DNA of 64,000 nt, taken from positions 69,908 through 133,907 of the forward strand of contig CAZUAR010000003.1 in NCBI GenBank assembly GCA_964617845.1, written 5' to 3'. Shown here piece after piece: positions 1 to 10,615 of this stretch. The translations under genes were made by a program, and so were the position numbers. This stretch comes from an uncultured Kofleriaceae bacterium (GTDB taxonomy: Bacteria > Myxococcota_A > Polyangia > Haliangiales > Haliangiaceae). Positions within the stretch are counted from its first letter, which is position 1, and each line of letters opens with the position of its first letter. The notes below the pieces were generated by a model. It had not been told where the DNA came from. It saw nothing but the letters and a program-made list of their open reading frames with translations, and searched no databases.

Positions 1-816
1 CTCCAACCGCACGCCCGCTCGCGCCAGCAGCGCATGCACGTCGCGCGCGGAGTGCCCCGTCGCCATCACGACCGCGCGGCCCAGGACCTCGCCGCCATCG
101 GCCAATCGCACGCCGACCGCCCTGCCCTCGTGCACCACCAGGTCCACCACGCGCGCACCGAACCGAACCTCGCTGCCGACGCGCTCGAGCGACTCGCGCA
201 TCGCGGTGATCACCTTCGGCAGCTTGTTGCTGCCGATGTGCGGCCGCGCGTCGACCAGGATATCCCTCGGTGCGCCGTGCAACGCGAGCACCTCGATCAC
301 GTCGCGCACGTCGCCGCGCTTGTGGCTCCGCGTGTACAGCTTGCCGTCGCTGTACGTGCCCGCGCCGCCCTCGCCGAAGCAGTAGTTGCTATCGGGATCC
401 ACGCGCCCGTGCTGCGTGAGCCCCTTGAGGTCGCGCCGCCGGGCCTGCACGGGCTTTCCGCGATCCACGATCACCGCTCGCACGCCCGCGCGCGCGAGCT
501 CGTACGCGCAGAAGAGCCCCGCCGGCCCACCGCCGACGATGACGACCGGCTCCCCGCTCGTCTCGCGCAGCGCCGCGCCGCCGACCCCCTCCTCGCGCTT
601 GGCACCGACCACGAGGTGGAACCGCACGCGCCCTCGCCGTGCGTCGATCGACCGCTTCCGCAGCTCGAGCTCCGGTAATGCCGATACGCTCACCTCGAGC
701 TGCCGGGCCAACCGCGCACCGAGCGCTGCTGCATCATCCGGCTCGTCGAGCCCGAGCTCGACCGTGTAGTCGCGTTCCGGATCCAGCTGCATCGAGCGTT
801 CGGGCGAGCCTAGCAT
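1..816 (-). CDS. FAD-dependent oxidoreductase (COG2509-like), N-terminal part; the 3' end runs off the window
   Basis: Manual reverse-complement translation from ATG (revcomp of cat at 814-816) gives MLGSPERSMQLDPERDYTVELGLDEPDD...VVIVGGGPAGLFCAYELARAGVRAVIVDRGKPV...GEGGAGTYSDGKLYTRSHKRG. This is a Rossmann GxGxxG FAD-binding motif and the conserved core of uncharacterized FAD-dependent dehydrogenases. There is no stop before position 1, so it is absent from the ORF track. Confidence 0.75.
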   Translation of the reverse strand, partial: MLGSPERSMQLDPERDYTVELGLDEPDDAAALGARLARQLEVSVSALPELELRKRSIDARRGRVRFHLVVGAKREEGVGGAALRETSGEPVVIVGGGPAGLFCAYELARAGVRAVIVDRGKPVQARRRDLKGLTQHGRVDPDSNYCFGEGGAGTYSDGKLYTRSHKRGDVRDVIEVLALHGAPRDILVDARPHIGSNKLPKVITAMRESLERVGSEVRFGARVVDLVVHEGRAVGVRLADGGEVLGRAVVMATGHSARDVHALLARAGVRLE

Positions 817-879
817 TCTCCTCGTCGCCTCACGCTGCACGGGCTCGCCGCTGTGCGATCGACCCGGCACGCTTGTCCA

Positions 880-1154
880 TGGCCGACGAACCGAACGCAC
901 CCGTGAAGGACCCGCAGCCCGACCCGCCGAAGAAGGAGCCACCGCTCCCCGATCCGCCCAAGCAGGATCCGCCTCCGACGGAGCCGCCCAAGCAGGACCC
1001 ACCGCCGGCACCGCACGTCCCTCCGGACGAGGCACCGCACAAGACACCGCCCGAGATCGAGCCGCCGAACCCCGGGTTGCCGGACACGCGCCAGCCGGTG
1101 CCGGTCGAGGATCCGCCGGCGACCGATGACCCGCCGCCGAACATCATCGCGTAG
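880..1154 (+). CDS. proline-rich small hypothetical protein (PPxQDPPP repeats)
   Basis: ATG at 880 (MADEPNAPVKDPQPDPPKKEPP...). Third-codon positions are about 88% G/C, consistent with coding in this genome. The opposite-strand ORF 830..1387 is Gly/Thr/Arg junk antisense to the acidic tail of the neighbouring gene. No signal peptide and no recognisable family. Confidence 0.3.
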
Positions 1155-1247
1155 CTCGTCGCGCTTCGGCTCGCCACGCCGACGTCGTACTCGTCGTCCG
1201 CGAGCGACACGTAGCTTGGAGAGCTTCGTCCGGTCGGCGGACGGCGC

Positions 1248-4200
1248 CTAGTTCGTTTCGTCCTCGTCGTCGAGGAGCTCGTCGTCGTCCTCGTCGTCCT
1301 CGTCCTCGTCCTCGTCGTCGTCCTCGTCGTCGTCCTCGTCGTCGTCGTCGTCGTCGTCATCTTCGGCGATCGTCGCGACACCGGCACGCTTGCGCTCTTC
1401 TTCGAACGCTTCGGTCCCTTGACGTGCGGATAGCCATTCCTTGGCCGTCGAGTGTTGCCAGCCCCACTTCGCGGCGAGCACCACGAACATGCCCCCGATG
1501 AGGCGATCGTCGTCGGGCGGCTCTTGCAGCAGCTCCCACTTCACGTGGTGGTTCGAGTGCCGCAGCATTCGATCGAACAGCGCGAACGCGTCGGCGTCGA
1601 GTGGCCCGGTGCGCAGCGCGTGGACCGCCGCTTCGAGGAGCTTGCCATCGGGATCGAGGAGCTCGCCCTGTGGACGCGCGCGATCGATCGCGCCGTGCGC
1701 GGCGTTCACGATCGCCGCGCGCGCGCTGGCGAGATCGCGCCTGCCCGCTTCGGCGACGAGCGACGCGCGGCCGACGAGGTGCGGCTCGGAGAGCAAGGCC
1801 ACGAGAGCGTCGTCGGAGAGGCCACCGACGATCGTCGGGTCGAAGATGGGCGCGGCGGCGATCGGAGCACCGAGCTTGTCGAGGAGCGCGTGCGCGCCGG
1901 CGCGGATGTCGGGCTCCTCGAAGCGCACGAGCCACGCGAGGTCTGCGGCGTCGACGAGCTCGGGGAAGTGATCGGCGATGCGCAGCGCGAAGCGGATGTT
2001 GCGGACGGTGTACTCGTGGTTGTAGTCGACCTCCGAGAGCGCGCGATGGAGCCCGGCGCGAAGCTCGTCGTGCTTCGCGTCGCCGGCCATGGTGAGGGCG
2101 ACGGCGCGGGCGAAGGTCGGCGTGCTGTCGGAGCGGCTCGTGATCCCCTCGGCGAGGCAGGTCCGCATGTGCTCGCGGCGAGCGGGCGTGACGGTGCGCG
2201 CGAGCTTGCCGTAGGCGAAGTGGAGCTCGGCGTTGAGCTCGCCGTCGTTGCGGAGAGCGATCGTCTTCAGCATCGCGTCGATCACCGCGTCGGGAACGTC
2301 GCGCGGCTCGGGTGCGGCGGCGAGACAAGCAGCGAGCGCGTGGGCGGCGGGCGCGCGCGGATCATCGGCGTGCGAGGTGGGTTGCGCGATCACGCGGGCC
2401 AGCGCGGGGACCGCGGACGGGTCGCCGATCGCCGCGAGCGCGTTCGAGGTCTCGGTCAACAAGTCTTCCTTGGTGATCGAGTCGGACATCGACTTGATCG
2501 GCGACGTCTCGAGCACGCGGATCAGCGCGGGGACGCTCGCGCGGTCGCGAAGTGCGCCGAGGATCCGGATCACCCGCGTGCGGCGATGCTCGTAGCGCTC
2601 GGAGGTCGCGAGGATCGGACGCAGCGTGTCGGCGACACGCGCATCGAGGAGCCCGGCGTGCGCGCGTGCGACCAGGACATCGGTCGCGTGGCGGGCGACG
2701 TATCGGCTGCGGTCGTCGTCGCCGTCATCGTCGACATCACCATCGTCGACATCGCCATCGTCGACATCGCCATCGTCGACATCGCCATCGTGGACATCGC
2801 CATCGTCGACATCGCCATCGTCGACATCGCCATCGTCGACATCGCCATCGTCGACATCGCCATCGTCGACATCGTCGACATCGCCATCATCGACATCGCC
2901 ATCGTCATCGGCGCCCTCGTCGTCGGCGGCGACGTCCTCGTCCTCCTCCTCGTCGTCGTCGGCGGCGTCGTGGTCCTGGGCGGCGTCGGCGGGCTCGTCA
3001 TTCGTCGCCCGCAAGGCGGGCATGCGCGTCGTACGCCTCGCATCGTCCTCGTCGCGATCGTCGTCGTCCGCATCGTCCGCATCGTCCGCATCGTCCGCAT
3101 CGTCCGCGTCGGCCGCGTCGTCCGCGTCGTCGAACAGCGCGTCGACGGCCTCCTCGATGTCCTCGACGCCGATCTCCTCGTCCGCGTCATCGTCATCGTC
3201 ATCGTCGTCGTCGTCGTCGTCGGCACCACTCGTGACGATGTCGATCGCCAGCTCGCGCAGCATCTGCGCGACCTCCTCGGGCGACCAGTCACTCTGCGCG
3301 GCGATCCATGCATCGATCGCGTCGTCGCCGCCCTGCGCGTGGACCGCGAGCAGCGGGTTGCCGCCGAGGACGAACGGCTCGCTGGTGTCGCCCATCAGGC
3401 CGCCGTACTTCTGCTGCATCGTGGCGCCGCCGAACCGCGCGTGGATCACCGGCACGATCTCGTCGAGCTTGCTCAGGATCCAGAGGAGGTGGCCGACCTG
3501 CTCCTCGGGCGAGGAGGGCACCGCGAAGCGATCGACCCAGAGGTGCGCCGCGTGGCGCACGCGATCGATCGTCACCGCAGCGTTGCGGTGGCGCCCGCCG
3601 TAGGGCGTCAGCCACAGCGTGTGGAAGCACGCGAGGACCGTGCTCTCGCCGCCGAGCGCGGGGCCCGCGAGCTTGAACGCGATGCCCACGTCCTCCCAGT
3701 CGAGCTCCTCGAGGATCTGCGGATAGCCGTCGACGGGGAAGCGCACGTTGGCGACCATCGGCGGCGGTCCGTGCGACCAGGTGGCGTCGTCGTCGTCCTC
3801 GTCGTCGCCGTAGTCGTCGTCCTCGTCGTCCTCGTCGTCATCGTCGGACGGCGCGGGAAAGATCTGCACGGGCTGCGTGCCTTCGCTCCCGTCGTCGGTA
3901 TAGCCGTCGGCGTCGACCGTCTGCTCCACGATGAAGGCTTCGCCGTCGATGCCGGTGCCCGCGTCGTCCTCGTCGAAGGGATTGCCGTCGTCGCCTCCGA
4001 TGATCGGCAGGCTCGTGCCGGTCTGGAAGAACCACGCCTCCTCGACGCCGTTGGTCGCGGACGCTTCGACGAGGCGGCGTTGCAGCTCGACGTCGGAGCC
4101 GGCCTCGGGCGGCACCCACGGCATGCCCAGGAGGTGGAAGGGCTGATCGTCGTCGCGGGAGGACAGCTCGTCGAGGAAGGCGTCGACGTCGGGCATGATC

Positions 4201-4320
4201 GGCGCGAACTGCCGGACGACGGTGACGAGCGCGGCGTGATCGGCGGGCTGCGCGAAGCGGAGCACGAGGAACGCGAACGCGGTCTCGCCTTGTCGCGGCT
4301 CGAGGCCGTGGATGCGCATC
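1248..4320 (-). CDS. large poly-acidic multidomain protein: unknown N-terminal domains, (DGDVD)n and poly-D/E tracts, C-terminal HEAT/PBS-lyase-like repeats
   Basis: 1083-aa ORF; the likely start is MRIHGLEPRQ (ATG overlapping the upstream stop as TGATG at about 4320). C-terminal repeats of type AVPALIRVLETSP / SAVPALARVIAQP resemble HEAT/PBS-lyase repeats. The terminal 60 aa are almost pure D/E. GC3 and length are far beyond the antisense alternatives. Confidence 0.75.
2735..2905. repeat. tandem 15-bp repeat (atcgtcgacatcgcc, about 11 copies) inside the CDS, encoding (DGDVD)n
   Basis: Directly visible in the sequence 2741-2905: near-perfect tandem copies with occasional single-base variants (tggacatc, atcatcgac). 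Confidence 0.85.
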
Positions 4321-7300
4321 AGTTGCCTTCCTGACGCGCGTGCCACTCGCGGAACAGCGCCTTGAACTCCGGCCACTCGAGGAGCGCGCCGAGGTCGGTG
4401 TCGACCTCGACCTTCTGGACATGATCGTACTCGTGCTCGATCGCGAGCTTCACCTGCTGCAATGCTCGGGCGTAGTCGCCGACGGCGGCGTAGGCGCACG
4501 CGGCCGAGTGATAGATGTACGGGTTCTCGTGGGCGACGGACTGTGCGCGGTCCGCGATCTTGACCGCCGCGGCGAAGGCCTTGGCGGCGTGGGCCTGGAC
4601 GCAGGCGTTGTTGAGCGCGCGCAGGTAGTTCGCGCGGTCGGTGCCGCTCTCGGGGATCGGTTCGGCGAGCACGCGATCGTAGAGCGCCATCGCCGCCTCG
4701 GGCTGCTCGTGCCTGATCGCCTTGTAGGCGAGCGCGGATAGCAGATCGACGCTATCCGGCAGCATCGGCACGAACGCACGCATGCGATCGGGCGCGTGCT
4801 CGAGGATCAGCTCGCCGAGCTCGCCGAACAGCTCGGGCGAGATGTCGCCGAACGAGACCATCGTCGTCGAGAGGACCGTGTCGACGGCGTCGACGAACCG
4901 GGCGTGCCCGCGCTGGCCGAGGCGAACGGCGACGTTGATCCGAGTCCCGGGCTCGAACGCGGAGAGGCGGCCGAGCAGCTCGTCGATCGTCCCCGGCAGG
5001 CCGGCGTCGTCGCCGTCCACGAGGAGGATCGCGTGCGTGAACTGGATGTCGGGGTCCGACGGCGCGAGGCGAAGCGCGCGCGCACTGACCCTCAGCGCGG
5101 CCGCGACTCGCTCGGGTCGTGTCTGCCGCGGCTCGGCATCGTCGGCACCGTCGTCGTCGTCGTCGTCGTCGCCGTCATCGTCGTCCGCGTCGGGCTGGCT
5201 CGCCGCCTTCGCGGCGCGGCGCGCGTTCTCCTCGTCGATCATCGCCTTCGCGCGCGCCGGATCCGCGATGCCCTTGACGTCGACGACGGCTCCGTCGCGC
5301 GCCGTGATGTAGCTCGGCGTCACCTCGATCTCGAGAGCGGGCCACGCCTCGAAGTCGTAGGCACCGGCCTGTGCCTCGCGGAGTTGCACCTCGATCTCGC
5401 GCGCGAGCTCCTGCGTGACGAGCAGCGTCAGCTGATTGTCGGCGAGCGTGTAGCCGACGGCGCCGGCGGGTTGCAGCTCGAGCACCTGGCCGCGCCCGCG
5501 TAGCTCGTAGGGACGGTCGTGTCGCAAGCGCCCGCGCATCGCACGCGGCAGCGCTGGTGCGTACAGGGCGCCGAGCTCGATCCGCACGCGCCCGTCGTCG
5601 ACATCGAGCTTCATCTCTCCCGCAAACGAAAGGTCCTCGGACGATCCCTCGGCGGCGACTCGCTGCTCGACCTCGCGCGCGACGATCGGATCGTCGAGCA
5701 CCGACGAGCGTGCGAGATCGGTGACGAGCACCGGCAGCTTCGTGCGCAAGATGTCGACGAGGCCCGTCGTCGTCCACTCCTGGATCAGGCGGTACTCGTC
5801 GTCGGTGATCCCGACGATCTGCACGAAGCGCGCGGCACCGAACGGCGACTCGATCTCGCCGAGCTCGGGATCATCGGCGAAGCACACGGCCGTGATCTTC
5901 GTGTCGTGATCGAGCGCGATCGGCCCGTTGAGGCCCATCTTGTGCCCCGCGGCGAACGCGTTGCCCGAGTTGAAGACGTAGCGCGCGAGGTTCTGCAGGA
6001 AGTTGAGCGCCCACGTCGGCGGCTCGTGATCGTCGAGCGCGCGCGCGATGCGCAGCGTCAGCTCGAAGCCGAAGCCGCTCTCCTCCGGATCATCGGTCTC
6101 CTTGTGATGGAGGTCCGTGAAGCCATACGTGACGAAGTGCCAGTGCGGCACCGGCTCGACGCGCTCGTAGGCCGACAGTCCGGGTAGCGGATCGTCGCCG
6201 CCGAGGCCGTACGGCATCACCGTGCCCCAGTGCTGCGGCCGCTGGTCGGGATAGATCTTCGCGAGCGCGCGATCGATCGCGTCCCAGCCCGGCATCGCGT
6301 CGTCATCGCGATCGTCGTCGGCGTCGGCGTCGTCGTCTGCGCCGATCGCCGGTGTCGAGCCGCCGGGCTCGGGCTTCATCACGACGCCGCCGAGCGCGTC
6401 ATCGCGCAGCAGGCTCCCGACGAGCACCGCCTCCATCTCGGGCGACAGCTCGGCGGCGATCCGCGGCACCACGACCGCGCGCTGTGCATCGTCGAGCGTC
6501 TCCAGCTCGTCGAGCGCGACGATGGGCGCGGGATCCTCCGCGTTCAGCTTCGCGAGCAGCGTGCGATGCGCGACGCCGTCGTCGATCCACTTCCACGCGA
6601 GCTCGGGCCACGCGCTGCGGCCCGCCCGTTCGAGCTCCGCGGCGACCTCCGCCGCTCGCTTGGCATCCTGCGCGGCTTTCGCGGCGGCGCGCTCCGCCCG
6701 CAGCGCTTCACCGCGCGGGTCGAGATCGAGCGCGCGGAACTCGGCGAGCCATGCACGCACGTCCTTGATCGTGCCGAGCGTGTTGCGCCCGCCGCGCAGC
6801 TCGTCGATCAGCTTCGCAGCATCGCGCACGAGCCGCGCTGCATGAACGCGCGCGATCTCGAGGTAGCGATCGAGCTCCGGCTCGTCGAACAGGTACGCGC
6901 GCCACATCGCGTAGAGCGCCGTCGGGATGAACTTCTCGCACGCCTCGTAGCGTGCGGGCAGCTGCTCCGCCGGCACGACCTGATTGAGCTCGGGCTGGAA
7001 CAGGTCCGGGATGTCCTCGATGTCGACGACGCCGTCGTTCTTGAGCAGCGCGCAGATCCAGCGCGAGCGGTAGAAGAAGAACTCCGACTCGCGACGCTTC
7101 GCCTCGAGGTGCACGAACGCGGAGTCCTTGTCGTCGATCGAGAAGTGCCACGTCGGCGAGACCTTCCCGCGCAGCGCCTGAATGCCGCGGTCGTACGCCT
7201 CCTGCGAGATCTTCTTCGCCTCGCCGAGCTTCACGATCGACGCGAGGTAGACGAGGCTGTCGAGCGAATCGGCGAACACGCCGCTGAACGACGCGGTCTC

Positions 7301-8802
7301 GTGATCGAAGTGGATGATCTGACGAGGGCCGTCCCACTCGTAGATCTCCATGTGATAGGTGTCGCCGTTTCCCTGCGAGCCGATCCCGAACACGCCGCAG
7401 AACGCCTCGACGAGATCCGTCCCGAGATACGCCTGCTGGTTGCGGCGGACCATCAGCTCGAACAGGTTCTTCTCGCCGACATCGGGCCGGATGTCGTTGT
7501 CGAGCCGTAGCTCCTCGAACGTCGACCACGAGTTGGCCCCCTCGATCTTCGACCAGAACGCGACGGCCTCCGGCGGCATCGGCACGCCGTAGATGTCGGC
7601 GAAGTCGTCGGCGTCGCCGGGCTGCGCGAGGACCGAGAACGCCTCCTCGTCGACGGGGTTGCCGTCGTCGTCTACTTCCTGCGTGCCCTGCTCGTCGCCT
7701 TCCTCGTCGTCGTCGTCGTCGTCGTCCTCGTCGTCGTCTTCTTCGCCGTCGTCCTCGCCGTCGTCGTCATCCTCGTCGTCGCCCGCGTCGTCCTCGTCCT
7801 CGTCGACCTCGTCGAGAGACGCGAGGTACAGCGACAGCCCGCGCTCGATGAACCCGGTCGGCCCCGCCGCGAACAGCACGTCGAGATCGCGCGGGCCGCC
7901 GAACACGTCGACTCTCTCGGCCCACGTCAGGTCACCGGGCGGCGCGAGCTTCACGACGAGCCCGTCGTCGCCGCCGATCAGCACGCCGCCGCCGAACCGC
8001 TCGACGCCCCAGAGGTGCACGAGGCCGAGCTTGTTCGGCACGCTCGCCCACGAGCGCCCCTCGTCCGACGACACGAGCACCGTCCCGCGATCACCGACGA
8101 CGACGACGCGTCCATCGCGCAGCGTCGCGATGCCTTCGAGATCGACCTCGCTGTCGACCTTCACCCGCGAGAACCACGTGCCGTCCGGCGAGCGCCCGAT
8201 GAAGCCGCCGTCGCCCGTCACGATCCACGCGGACTTCGTGCACGCGAGCGCGGTCAGCGGCTTGGTCGTGCCCGTGTTGAGCACGGTCACCTTGCCGTCG
8301 ACCCAGCGGCGCAGCTTGCCGTCGAAGCCGAGCACGCAGATCTCGTCGCGCACCGCGTACACCGCCGACAGCCGCGCCGTCGTGTCGAAGTCCACGCGCA
8401 CCGGCCTCTCGCCGAGGATGCGCACCGCGAAGCCGTTGTCGCCGACGCACCAGATCGCCCCGTCGGTTCCCAGCGCGAGACCGAACAGACACAGCTGGGT
8501 ATCGACGTCGATCAGCGTCCAGGTCTCGCCGTGGTCGCGCGACGTCGCGAGCTGACCGTATTCGCCGCACACCCAGATCGCGTCACCGACTGCGAGCGCG
8601 TCGCGCAGCCCGAGGGCGCGCGGCGTGGAGCGCAGCTCGTAGCGACGCGCGTTCGACGACGCCATGATCGTCGCGTGCGATCCCGATCCGCCCGACGCGA
8701 CGACCATCTGGTCGGTCACGGCGAACGCGCTGATGAAGCCCCGATCCCCCGCCGCCGCCTGCAATATCGTCAGCTCGAGCTCCCCGATCATCGCGCGCCG
8801 AT
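4319..8802 (-). CDS. giant multidomain acidic protein: N-terminal BNR/Ycf48-like beta-propeller, SUKH (SMI1/KNR4)-like domain, SUFU-like domain, TPR-like C-terminus, several poly-D/E linkers
   Basis: Start is MIGELELTILQ (ATG revcomp at 8800-8802). BNR motifs SRDHGETW, SPDGTW, SDEGRSW sit in the first about 330 aa. The SUKH-like block is GNGDTYHMEIYEWDGPRQIIHFDHETASFSGVFADSLDSLVYL. The SUFU-like block is YPDQRPQHWGTVMPYGLGGDDPLPGLSAYERVEPVPHWHFVTYGFTDL...GFGFELTLRI. The stop TGA overlaps the next ATG. Confidence 0.75.
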
Positions 8803-8853
8803 TCTGCCCGAACCGATGGATCGCGAGCGTCCGGAGTGCAGCGAATTGCGGCG

Positions 8854-10530
8854 CTAGTCCGTCGCGTCCCAGTAGTCGACTTCGGCTTGCACGGCGGCCG
8901 AGAGATCCTCGCCGCCGCCGCCCTTCACGGCCCACAGATAGTCCGTGAAGAAGTTGTTGCGTACGCGCGTCACGCCGAAGTGCGGCTGGTCCGCGAGGAT
9001 CGCCTCCGCGGTCAGATCCGTTCCGCCGTGCTGGTGGCAACCGATGCAGTTCGTCGCCGCGTTGCCCGGCCCGAGCTCGAGGTACGGGTTACTGCACCAC
9101 GACGGCTCGTTCGTCCCGCGGTTCACCACCGCGAGCGCGTCGCCGAGCGTCCCCGAGAACCCGCCGCGCGGATCCGGATCCCCCTCGAGGTACTGCGTCG
9201 CGACGCACATCTTGTAGTTGCGCCACGGCCCCGCGTTCGCGAGCGCCGCCGGACGATCTGCTCCGAAGTCGGTGTCGGGGAACGGCGAGTACCACAGCGT
9301 GATCCACATCCAGTGGTCGAGCTCCTTCGACATGATGTGCAGCGCCGGCAGCCGGAACTTCGCGCCCGTCGATGGAACGATCATCGTGTAGATGTCCGCC
9401 GGCCCCGGCCCCATCTGGCCATCCTCGTTCCACGTCGACTCGCTCTCGAAGCGCGCGGCCATGCGATCCGCCGACGTGTTGAACACGGGCAGGAGGTCGT
9501 TCAGCTGGAACTGCCGCCGCCAGTCCGCCTTCACGACCACCGCGTCGCGAGGCATCTCTCCATCGAGGCAGGTCGGCAGCCGCACGTCCGCCGTCGTGTA
9601 GGCGACATCGACGTCGACGTCGGCGTCGCTCGCCGCGAACACCGCGACCCACACGGGCCCGCCACCGTCGACCTCGCAGCTCTCGCTCGACGAGTCGCCG
9701 TCGGACTTGCAGTCGTACGTCGCGGCATCCGGTGCCTCTCCGCGACGCACGTAGATGTCGGCGTCGCCGGAGCCGCGCGACGTCACCTTCACGCGCGCGT
9801 CGCCGGCTTGAAACGGACCGAGCACGCGCCACGCGCACTTGTCGAGCGCGAGCTGCTCGCTCGCCGTCGTCGCCTGACCCTCGCGCATCTCGCTCGCGTC
9901 GAACGGCTCGGGCGCCGGGTTCAAGCGGCACTGATGCAGCCGCTCGTAGCTGGAGAGCAGGTGTTTGAGCGCGCCCGGCGAGTAGCCGACCCGCGTCGCG
10001 TTGGTCAGCCCCTGCGCGAGCTCCGGCGAATCGATCGCCGCGAGGTAGTCGAGGTATCGCTGCTCGGGCCACTCGGGGACATCATCGAGCGCGACCGCAT
10101 TCCACGCGAAGCCGCTCGCCGGATCGATCGCCGCGCGAGCGGCGCGCCCCGCCGGGCCGAGTCCCTCGTAGAGGTGCTTGAAGATGCGCTCGAAGTCATC
10201 GCGCGCGTACCACGTCGCCCACGCGGGCACCGTCGGCTGCGTGCCGCCGAAGCTGCTCGCGAGCCGCGGGTCCCCGAGGGGGACCGGTGCGAGAACCTTC
10301 TGCACGACATCCCACGCCGCCGCGCGACGCGACGCGATCGACGTGCGCAGCTCTTCATCGCGCGCCGCGAGCCCGAGGTCGGGCGTGTACGGCGCTGCTT
10401 CACCGACGACGCGCCGGTCTTGAATCAGCGACGCGCTCGACACCTCGCCCATCGACTCGAGATCGCAGTCGGCGGTCTTGTCGTCCGGCCCGCAGGCCGC
10501 GACGAGAACGAGGAGAGCGATACGACGCAT
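8854..10530 (-). CDS. secreted lipoprotein with one CxxCH heme-binding motif and a PPC (pre-peptidase C-terminal)-like domain
   Basis: MRRIALLVLVAAC lipobox signal. CIGCHQHGG is near the C-terminus. The block GDADIYVRRGEAPDAATYDC is shared with the downstream paralog. Confidence 0.7.
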   Translation of the reverse strand: MRRIALLVLVAACGPDDKTADCDLESMGEVSSASLIQDRRVVGEAAPYTPDLGLAARDEELRTSIASRRAAAWDVVQKVLAPVPLGDPRLASSFGGTQPTVPAWATWYARDDFERIFKHLYEGLGPAGRAARAAIDPASGFAWNAVALDDVPEWPEQRYLDYLAAIDSPELAQGLTNATRVGYSPGALKHLLSSYERLHQCRLNPAPEPFDASEMREGQATTASEQLALDKCAWRVLGPFQAGDARVKVTSRGSGDADIYVRRGEAPDAATYDCKSDGDSSSESCEVDGGGPVWVAVFAASDADVDVDVAYTTADVRLPTCLDGEMPRDAVVVKADWRRQFQLNDLLPVFNTSADRMAARFESESTWNEDGQMGPGPADIYTMIVPSTGAKFRLPALHIMSKELDHWMWITLWYSPFPDTDFGADRPAALANAGPWRNYKMCVATQYLEGDPDPRGGFSGTLGDALAVVNRGTNEPSWCSNPYLELGPGNAATNCIGCHQHGGTDLTAEAILADQPHFGVTRVRNNFFTDYLWAVKGGGGEDLSAAVQAEVDYWDATD

Positions 10531-10615
10531 GGGGAAGAGTGACGACAAGTGTAGACGCAAAAAGGGAGACTGGTGTGACCAGTCTCCCGTCGGGGAACTG
10601 CCTATCCGTCCTCGA

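Noticed and set aside
2700-3250. Possible CRISPR-like array suggested by the regular 15-bp periodicity
   Set aside because: Units are contiguous with no spacers, sit in frame inside a long CDS, and encode a DGDVD peptide repeat. Not a CRISPR.
1452-4334. 960-aa plus-strand ORF
   Set aside because: Antisense to the acidic HEAT protein. The product is Val/Arg/Gly-rich with repetitive IVDIA runs mirroring the sense-strand repeat, a typical high-GC mirror ORF.
8836-10542. 568-aa plus-strand ORF
   Set aside because: Exactly antisense to the CxxCH lipoprotein gene. Arg-rich with no motifs. The minus-strand product has a lipobox signal and heme motifs.
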